From positions 160,001-224,000 of the forward strand of contig CAWAUV010000002.1 of the NCBI GenBank assembly GCA_963785305.1: DNA of 64,000 nt, given 5' to 3'. This stretch comes from an uncultured Planctomycetaceae bacterium. GTDB lineage: Bacteria; Planctomycetota; Planctomycetia; Pirellulales; PALSA-1355. Both the position numbers and the translations under genes were made by a program. Each line of letters starts with the position of its first letter. The stretch's first letter is position 1. Below the pieces are notes generated by a model that searched no databases, was not told the origin of the DNA, and saw nothing but the letters and a program-made list of their open reading frames with translations. Shown here one piece after another: positions 1-5,902 of the stretch.

Positions 1-25
1 ATGACGATCTCCAGTTCAGGCAAGG

Positions 26-100
26 GGTATCTGAGCGGAGTTGAACCGCCACCTTCTGGTTCACAGCCAGACGTGCAGAAACCGCTACACCACAGACACC
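26..100 (-). tRNA. tRNA-His(GTG), array member
   Basis: Anticodon loop CTGTGAA; G-1:C73 present. Confidence 0.9.
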
Positions 101-113
101 ATATAGTTGTCAG

Positions 114-186
114 CGCCCCGACCAGGAGTCGAACCCGGAATCTCTCGTTAGAAGCGAGATGTGATGATCCATTTCACCATCGAGGC
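114..186 (-). tRNA. tRNA-Arg(TCT)
   Basis: Anticodon loop CTTCTAA, T-loop TTCGACT. Confidence 0.9.
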
Positions 187-191
187 CCAAG

Positions 192-279
192 CGGAAGGCA
201 TGGGATTTGAACCCACATGACCCTTGCGGGTCGCACGGTTTAGCAAACCGGCCCGACCAGCCGTATTCGGCTACCTTCC
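192..279 (-). tRNA. tRNA-Ser(GCT)
   Basis: Loop TTGCTAA, long variable arm, G73. Confidence 0.9.
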
Positions 280-289
280 AAGTTGTCAG

Positions 290-360
290 TGGACCCACCG
301 AGAATCGAACTCGGATCTCCGCCACGCCAGGGCGGTGTCGTCCCGTTGGACCATGAGCCC
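290..360 (-). tRNA. tRNA-Ala(GGC)
   Basis: Loop CTGGCGT, G3:U70, A73. Confidence 0.9.
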
Positions 361-371
361 GTCGTTGTCAG

Positions 372-444
372 TGGACCGAATGGGAATCGAACCCATCGCA
401 CCGATCTTGCAAGGATCAGTCGCCCCCGTGGAACATGCCGGCCC
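372..444 (-). tRNA. tRNA-Ala(TGC)
   Basis: Loop CTTGCAA, G3:U70. Confidence 0.9.
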
Positions 445-454
445 GTACATCGAG

Positions 455-526
455 AGGTCCGTCCGGGAATCGAACCCGGCCTTCCTCCTTACCGAGGAGG
501 CGTGCGGCCAATAGCACTTACAGACC
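455..526 (-). tRNA. tRNA-Thr(GGT), C33 variant
   Basis: Stem CCTCC/GGAGG, loop TCGGTAA. Confidence 0.85.
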
Positions 527-530
527 AGAG

Positions 531-603
531 TGATCCCGGATGGACTCGAACCACCGATTTCCTGGATGTCGACCAGGCGTCTTGACCGCTGGACCACGGG
601 ATC
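531..603 (-). tRNA. tRNA-Val(GAC), C33 variant
   Basis: Loop TCGACAT, A73. Confidence 0.85.
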
Positions 604-608
604 GTGAG

Positions 609-685
609 TAACCGAGGTGGGCGTCGAACCCACAAAATCACGAGGCTCTCGACCTCGCCGCTTTGCCTAGTTTGCGTACCCGGCC
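609..685 (-). tRNA. tRNA-Leu(GAG), no variable stem, C33
   Basis: Loop TCGAGAG, A73, about 7-nt variable region. Confidence 0.8.
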
Positions 686-705
686 GTGAATATCGTCCTT
701 GCAAA

Positions 706-774
706 TTGCAGGTCCGGGTGTCGCACCCGGCGGTCCGGGCTTATGAGGCCCAGCTGAGCACTGGCTCACCTGCG
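706..774 (-). tRNA. tRNA-Met(CAT), initiator-like with reduced D-arm
   Basis: Loop CTCATAA, C1:A72 mismatch, T-loop TGCGACA, 69 nt. Confidence 0.75.
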
Positions 775-813
775 TCATGTCGGTCGGACGCGGTGCCCGC
801 CGACATAGTTCAG

Positions 814-897
814 TGACCAAGGGGAGAGTCGAACTCCCATGCCATTGATGGCACGACGTTCTGAGCGTCGCGTGTCTGCCAGTTCCACCACTTGGTC
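814..897 (-). tRNA. tRNA-Leu(CAG)
   Basis: Loop CTCAGAA, variable stem present. Confidence 0.9.
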
Positions 898-909
898 AAT
901 GTGATCGAG

Positions 910-982
910 TGACCCGTGCGGGAATCGAACCCGCCCTTCCAGCTTGAGAGGCTGGCGTCCTGAACCGATAGACAAACGGGCC
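910..982 (-). tRNA. tRNA-Glu(CTC)
   Basis: Loop CTCTCAA. Confidence 0.9.
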
Positions 983-988
983 GCTCAG

Positions 989-1070
989 TGCGCCGGGCAG
1001 GAGTTGAACCTGCAATGCCCGAAGGCGGGTGGGTTACAGCCACTTGGGCACGCCAATGCCCAGCCGACGC
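989..1070 (-). tRNA. tRNA-Tyr(GTA)
   Basis: Loop CTGTAAC, variable arm. Confidence 0.9.
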
Positions 1071-1078
1071 GTTTCGAG

Positions 1079-1157
1079 TGGCACGGGTCGGAGTCGAACC
1101 GACAGACAGATCACGAAGGTTTGAGCTTCGCCGCTTTACCGGTTTGCGTACCGTGCC
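1079..1157 (-). tRNA. tRNA-Leu(CAA), no variable stem
   Basis: Loop CTCAAAC, A73. Confidence 0.85.
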
Positions 1158-1165
1158 ATCACAAG

Positions 1166-1240
1166 CGTCCCCGGCGGGATTTGAACCCGCGATCTCCACC
1201 TTGACAGGGTGGCGAGCACTCCAGGCTGCTCCACGAGGAC
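1166..1240 (-). tRNA. tRNA-Asp(GTC)
   Basis: Loop CTGTCAA, G73. Confidence 0.9.
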
Positions 1241-1254
1241 AGATATATATTGAG

Positions 1255-1328
1255 TAGCTCAGGTGGGACTCGAACCCACAGCATCCCTGGTTCTAAGCCA
1301 AGGTGGTCTGCCAATTGCCTACCGAGCC
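1255..1328 (-). tRNA. tRNA-Leu(TAG), no variable stem
   Basis: Loop CTTAGAA, 74 nt. Confidence 0.85.
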
Positions 1329-1347
1329 ATGTCGCTGTCCATCGCAG

Positions 1348-1420
1348 TGCCCAGGGCAGGAGTCGAACCTGCAAACACTCGGGTTTAAGCCGAACCGCTC
1401 TGCCGTTGGCGTACCTGGGC
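1348..1420 (-). tRNA. tRNA-Leu(TAA), no variable stem
   Basis: Loop CTTAAAC, 73 nt. Confidence 0.85.
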
Positions 1421-1424
1421 GCAG

Positions 1425-1497
1425 TAGTCCCGGGTGGACTCGAACCACCGGTCGGCGCTTTGTAGGAGCGCTGCCTTTGCCGCTAGGCGACGGGACC
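1425..1497 (-). tRNA. tRNA-Val(TAC), C33 variant
   Basis: Loop CCTACAA. Confidence 0.85.
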
Positions 1498-1511
1498 GCG
1501 TATGCGTGAAG

Positions 1512-1582
1512 TGGACTCACTGGGATTCGCACCCAGATTTTCGGCTTGCGGAGCCGGCGTCTTCCTGTTGGACGATGAGCCC
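1512..1582 (-). tRNA. tRNA-Ala(CGC), C33 variant
   Basis: Loop TCCGCAA, G3:U70, T-loop TGCGAAT. Confidence 0.85.
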
Positions 1583-1596
1583 GAATGGATCGAAAG

Positions 1597-1682
1597 CGGA
1601 AGCGGTGAGACTCGAACTCACAAGCGGCCAAGTGCCGCCACCTGTTTTCGAGACAGGCTCCTCATCCGGCCGGATCACTTCC
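1597..1682 (-). tRNA. tRNA-Ser(CGA)
   Basis: Loop CTCGAAA, variable arm, G73. Confidence 0.9.
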
Positions 1683-1703
1683 GTAATTCAGCACTGCAAA
1701 AAG

Positions 1704-1778
1704 TTCCGGGGGTTGGAATCGAACCAACGACCTCCTGGTTCAGAGCCAGGCGTCACTACCAACAGCAACTACCCCGGA
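1704..1778 (-). tRNA. tRNA-Gln(CTG)
   Basis: Loop CTCTGAA, U1-A72. Confidence 0.9.
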
Positions 1779-1816
1779 TCGCGTTGTCTCGGCTGACACT
1801 CGCGCGAGTGCCTGAG

Positions 1817-1887
1817 TTCGGGGAGAAGGAATTGAACCTCCACCACCTGGTTCAAAGCCAGGCAGCCTACCGTTAGCCGATCCCCGA
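1817..1887 (-). tRNA. tRNA-Gln(TTG)
   Basis: Loop CTTTGAA, U1-A72. Confidence 0.9.
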
Positions 1888-1902
1888 TCGCGTTCGTGCG
1901 AA

Positions 1903-1974
1903 AGTGCCCTGTGGGAGTTGAACCCACCTCGCCAGCTTGGAAGGCTGGCACCTTTGCCGCTCGGCCAAGGGCAC
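1903..1974 (-). tRNA. tRNA-Gly(TCC)
   Basis: Loop CTTCCAA, U73. Confidence 0.9.
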
Positions 1975-1979
1975 ATGAG

Positions 1980-2063
1980 CGGAGGGAGAGGGAGTCGAAC
2001 CCCCAAGGCTTGTCGCTCGACTGTTTTCAAGACAGCTGCCATCGCCAGTCGGCTTGTCCCTCC
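1980..2063 (-). tRNA. tRNA-Ser(TGA)
   Basis: Loop CTTGAAA, variable arm, G73. Confidence 0.9.
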
Positions 2064-2071
2064 ACGCGAAG

Positions 2072-2143
2072 CTGCGGCGGCAGGAATCGAACCTGCAATC
2101 GTCTCCTTAACAGGGAGCTGCCTTACCGTTTGGCCACACCGCA
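2072..2143 (-). tRNA. tRNA-Asn(GTT)
   Basis: Loop CTGTTAA, U1-A72, G73. Confidence 0.9.
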
Positions 2144-2152
2144 ATGAATCAG

Positions 2153-2226
2153 TCAGGGCGGCTGGATTTGAACCAGCGCTCTCCTGCTCCCGAGGCAGGC
2201 GGAATTCCAGACTTTCCCACACCCTG
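2153..2226 (-). tRNA. tRNA-Pro(CGG)
   Basis: Loop CTCGGGA, C1-G72, A73. Confidence 0.9.
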
Positions 2227-2241
2227 ATGTCTTCAATTAAA

Positions 2242-2312
2242 AGCGCCCAGCGGGAGTCGAACCCGCACTTCCGCCATGGCAAGGCAGCAGGCTACCGCTA
2301 CATCATGGGCGC
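2242..2312 (-). tRNA. tRNA-Gly(GCC)
   Basis: Loop TTGCCAT, U73. Confidence 0.9.
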
Positions 2313-2326
2313 AAAGAATCGGACCA

Positions 2327-2340
2327 AATTGTCAAAGATC
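2327..2340 (-). promoter_or_regulatory. boxA-like antitermination element inside the tRNA array
   Basis: Sense GATCTTTGACAATT in a spacer; resembles rrn boxA (GCTCTTTAACA family). Confidence 0.6.
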
Positions 2341-2344
2341 GCAG

Positions 2345-2416
2345 AGCACCGGGTGGGACTCGAACCCACGTCGCCGCATTACGGGTGCGGGGTCCTCGCC
2401 GCTGGACGACCAGTGC
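2345..2416 (-). tRNA. tRNA-Thr(CGT), C33 variant
   Basis: Loop CCCGTAA. Confidence 0.85.
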
Positions 2417-2427
2417 CTAAGTGTCAG

Positions 2428-2500
2428 TGGGATCAGAGGGGCTCGAACCCTCACCGACCTGGGTAAGAACCAGGCATGCTGCCGCTAACACCTTGATCCC
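2428..2500 (-). tRNA. tRNA-Lys(CTT)
   Basis: Loop TTCTTAC. Confidence 0.9.
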
Positions 2501-2533
2501 GTCGTTCGTTTTGCTGTCGTTCTGTGCGCAAAC

Positions 2534-2605
2534 TCGGCGCGGAGGGAGTCGAACCCTCGTCTGATCCTTATAAGAGACCTGCTCTGACCGTTGAGCTACG
2601 CGCCG
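2534..2605 (-). tRNA. tRNA-Ile(TAT)
   Basis: CGGCGCG/CGCGCCG acceptor stem, GCTC/GAGC D-stem, loop CTTATAA, A73. Confidence 0.85.
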
Positions 2606-2639
2606 GCTAGGGCGATCGGTTGATCGCCGCTTCGACGAG

Positions 2640-2711
2640 TAGGGCCGGAGGGATTTGAACCCACACCTATCGGATTAAAAGTCCGGAGTGCTGCCGTTAC
2701 ACCACGACCCC
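2640..2711 (-). tRNA. tRNA-Lys(TTT)
   Basis: Loop CTTTTAA. Confidence 0.9.
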
Positions 2712-2800
2712 AAAGGTTGGTCGGGCGTATCCGTTTCGTGGGCTTGGTCTCGAACATCGTCTTGCGCGACATGTTGTGCCTCCTGCGTTCGCGTGCTCAG

Positions 2801-2871
2801 TAGTCCGGGATGGAGTTGAACCATCGCCGACGACATATCAGATCGCCATGCTGCCGTTACACCACCGGACA
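2801..2871 (-). tRNA. tRNA-Ile(GAT)
   Basis: Loop CTGATAT; first acceptor pair mismatched. Confidence 0.8.
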
Positions 2872-2889
2872 ACAACTCCGTCGCTTCAG

Positions 2890-2962
2890 TCGGGATGGTC
2901 GGACTCGAACCGACACGCTCGTGCTCCCAAGGCACGTGGGCTTGCCGTTACCCTACATCCCG
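2890..2962 (-). tRNA. tRNA-Pro(TGG)
   Basis: Loop CTTGGGA, C1-G72. Confidence 0.9.
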
Positions 2963-2986
2963 TTTGCCGTCACCATCTTCTGTCAG

Positions 2987-3059
2987 TAGCTCGTATGGGA
3001 GTCGAACCCATCTCTCCGGATTGAAAGCCCGGTATCCTGCACCGATAGACGAACGAGCC
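2987..3059 (-). tRNA. tRNA-Glu(TTC)
   Basis: Loop CTTTCAA. Confidence 0.9.
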
Positions 3060-3105
3060 GCGTGTTTTACCGTCCGCGCGCACCCTGGCGCGCACGTCGA
3101 GCGAG

Positions 3106-3177
3106 TGGGTCGGGAGGCGCTCGAATCCTCGTCTGCGGCTTTTCAGGCCGCCGCTAAACCGTCTCAGCTACCGGCCC
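3106..3177 (-). tRNA. tRNA-Phe(GAA), first gene of the array
   Basis: Loop CTGAAAA. Confidence 0.9.
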
Positions 3178-3222
3178 GTTGCTCTCCGATTCCCGCCGTC
3201 ATTCCTCCTGCTTCAGACCAAC

Positions 3223-3255
3223 AAAAAAGGCCCGATGTCCTTGCGACACCGAGCC
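3223..3255 (-). terminator. Intrinsic terminator/attenuator in the tRNA-array leader
   Basis: Sense GGCTCGGTGTC-GCAAG-GACATCGGGCC followed by T6. Confidence 0.75.
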
Positions 3256-3508
3256 TTTTGGGCTTTCAGACCGTTTTCGTCCGAGTGTCACAAGCGCAGG
3301 ATTGGGGGCGAGGTTATTCACGCCTGACCGCGTGCCTTGGGCGCACATGGTATCGCGCAGCGTGGAATAACGCTCCGCCATGCGTTCTCGAATCGAACTC
3401 GGTCGTAAAAACATCATCGAAGTCACGTTTCCCGCAAAATCCGAGGGCCCGTCAAAAGGCCCGTCAAAAAGCACTCGCGAATATTCGCATCGCGAGGGCA
3501 TACCCACT

Positions 3509-3537
3509 AGACGCCGGCCGCCGACAAAAGTTCGCGC
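3509..3537 (-). promoter_or_regulatory. Putative ECF-sigma promoter of the tRNA array
   Basis: GCGCGAAC-N15-GCGTCT (GAACTT-N16-TCTAG). Confidence 0.6.
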
Positions 3538-3850
3538 GAAATTTTTAGGAGCCTTCCGCCAGCAACGGGTTCGCGTCGGCCGGCACTTGGCGAGGCTGAC
3601 AAAAGCCACGATGGCATTTTTCAACAGTCCGCGAACCGTGATGTTGTTTTCGCCCGGCAAAACACGGCGCTTTTGAGGTTGTTCTCGTTTCCGCGCGACG
3701 TTTTCTGGAGTCCAACTTCACGGAAACCGCAAAAAACGCCGCGATTTTTTTGGCGGGGGCCGCGGGCCCAGAAACCGCCTGACAATTACCCGCCATGTCA
3801 TTCCCCACGGCAAGCATGGACATGGCGCCCGGCGTCTTCGGTTTGGCCTC

Positions 3851-4995
3851 TTACACGCCCTTGTGACTTAAGAGCGGGCGGAGCCGCCGTAGTGATCGGG
3901 TGAGGCGCCGCTGCGCGCATCACCGCGAAGATGTCCTTGTAGGCTGACGGCGCTTCATCGCGAAGCGACCGCGCATGGCGCTGGTCGAACCAAACGCCTT
4001 GCATTTCGTCGAGCAGTTGCCGCTTTCCGATCGTTCGCGCCGCCGCCGCGCGGCTCAATGCGCGTCCGGCGCCGTGGGAGCTCGAGCACAACGATTCGGA
4101 ACATCCGCGACCCAGCGTGTGAAAACTGGCCGTGCCCATGGAACCGGGCACAATTCCGGGCTCATCGGCCCGCGCCGACTGCGCTCCTTTGCGATGCACC
4201 CAAAGTTCGACGCCCTCATGGACTTCGGCTCGCACATGGTTGTGATCGGCATGGATGATCGAGTGTTCTTCAAGTCCGATGTCAAACAGTTCGTCGAGTG
4301 TTTCGGCGACGTTCGCCAGCATCGCCAGCCGATTGGCCGAGGCATAGCGCTGGGCCCAAGCGGCGTCGGCCAGGTAATTACATCCCCCGGGGCTTTCGGC
4401 GACGAAAAACGGCAGCCACTTGGCCTCGAGATCGATCTGGGCCAGCGAGGTGATGATTCGTAATGGCCTGGCCCATGCCGCGCAAACCCGAGTGAATCAT
4501 CACCCATAGTTGGTCCTGATCGTCGCTTTGAAATTCGAGAAAATGGTTGCCGCGGCCCAGAGTGCCCAACTGCACTCGCCCCTCGCGAGATTTCAGTTTA
4601 TCGAGTCGCGGGTGGCTCAGCGGCATGTGGGCGAGCGCCTCGGGCAAGGCCTCGGGCATTGTCCCCGCGCCATGTTTGAGCGAGGGAACCCGGCGATAGA
4701 GCGCGTCGAGGAGTTTGGCGGCCAAGCGCTCATCGGCCAGGAGTTCCGCGGCGCCCGAGAATCGCGCCGTGAGAATGCCGCAACCGATATCGCCGCCAAC
4801 GGCCGCCGGAAAGATTCGCGAGCGCATGCCCACGACGAGCCCGACGCACACCTGTTTGGCTAGGTGCGCGTCGGGCATTACCGCAATTCGCTCTACATCG
4901 TCTAATCGCGCCAAGGCTTCAATGGCGGCCGCGGCCTCTGGCGGCAGAGGCTCCGCGAGCCAGCAACGCGCCTTTCGATGCGAAGCGCGATTCAT
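3851..4995 (-). CDS. rtcB: RtcB-family RNA ligase (frameshifted in this sequence)
   Basis: Motifs MPDAH, VGGDIGCG, GTLGRGNHF, IHSG, HNH, HRKGA, PGSMGT, SHGAGR, DEAPSAYKDI across several frames. Confidence 0.92.
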
Positions 4996-5428
4996 TGGCC
5001 GCCCTCGAAGGCTTTCGGAGACGCGAGAAACTCGAACAACAGCTTCGGCGCCCGCTTCCGAGTAATCGCCGCCGCCACGCCGCGCGCAGGCGTCCGGACT
5101 CCGCGGCAAGGCGCGCGAGAACTTCGAACGGATCGAATGGCGCGGCGGGCTCGACCGCTGGAACCACGACCACAAGCAATCGCGACGCGTCGGGCGCCGG
5201 TCGAACTTCGGCCACTTGCAGGAGCGAAAGCAACTCGTCGCGACTCTCGCCGCCCAGCAAATAATTCAGCGTGTCTTGAGCCTGGCTGCAAAGCTGCAAG
5301 GTTTTGCGTCCGGATTTCCACCCGGCTTTGCCTTGGCGGAAGAAGTCCCGGGGATCGACGCCATCGTCATCTCGCGATTCGGAAGATAAGGGCGGCACTC
5401 GGCGCGCGGCCCGTCGTTTGGATGTCAT
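4992..5428 (-). CDS. RbfA-like (ribosome-binding factor A family) paralog, one frameshift
   Basis: LQVAEVRPAPDASRLLV ... GRLR ... AITRKRAPKLLF KH-like pattern; stop overlaps rtcB start (ATGA). Confidence 0.7.
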
Positions 5429-5548
5429 GGGTTCTCTCACGAGGAAAAAAGTCGCGCGCGGAGCGAGCGCCGTGGTATTCGCGTCGACGCGACGCGAGCC
5501 CTGAAGCGTGAGAGCCTGCCCCGAGAACCGGAGCCAGATAATGAGCAA

Positions 5549-5605
5549 TTAGCCGCGGTCGTCGCGCAGGCTCGGCGACACAAACAAGCAAATGGCGATG
5601 TTCAT
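5549..5605 (-). CDS. Putative leader peptide MNIAICLFVSPSLRDDRG
   Basis: GGAGGT 5 nt before ATG; 18 codons; followed by alternative helices. Confidence 0.55.
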   Translation of the reverse strand: MNIAICLFVSPSLRDDRG

Positions 5606-5672
5606 GGTCGACCTCCAGATTGGGGAGTGCTTGGCCTTTGCGATAGCGGCCCCGATGCCGCGAACGAACCCA

Positions 5673-5702
5673 AGACGCGGATGGGCCCGCGAAGGTTCGC
5701 GC
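5673..5702 (-). promoter_or_regulatory. Putative ECF-sigma promoter of the rbfA-like/rtcB unit
   Basis: GCGCGAAC-N16-GCGTCT, same boxes as 3509-3537. Confidence 0.6.
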
Positions 5703-5792
5703 ATCGGAAATCGCGGCAAGCCGGCGGACGTTGAGCTAGAAATGAACAAAGGACTCGCGGCATGGCGCCGTAAGTCCTTTGCTAGCTATGAG

Positions 5793-5876
5793 TGCGGGAA
5801 ACAGGACTTGAACCTGCACGAGGTTACCCCCACCAGGCCCTCAACCTGGCGCGTCTGCCAATTCCGCCATTCCCGC
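5793..5876 (-). tRNA. tRNA-Leu(GAG), canonical copy
   Basis: Loop TTGAGGG, variable arm, canonical D-loop. Confidence 0.95.
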
Positions 5877-5902
5877 GGGCAGTTGTGCTCCGTGTGGAGT
5901 AT

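Noticed and set aside
1980..2063. Possible selenocysteine or suppressor tRNA
   Set aside because: Anticodon TGA reads UCA (Ser); no TCA, CTA or TTA anticodon was found in the array.
2330..2335. TTGACA as an internal sigma70 -35 box
   Set aside because: No -10 element at 16-18 nt; it fits boxA better.
1..3200. Many 60-180 aa ORFs over the tRNA array
   Set aside because: They are chance translations of GC-rich tRNA genes; only the SD-led mini-ORF was kept.
3199..3209. AGGAGG followed by ATG before tRNA-Phe
   Set aside because: The spacing of one nucleotide is too short for normal initiation.
1..5876. Prophage or integrative element at tRNA-Leu carrying the array
   Set aside because: No integrase, phage gene or duplicated tRNA-Leu 3' end in the window; cannot be excluded beyond the left edge.
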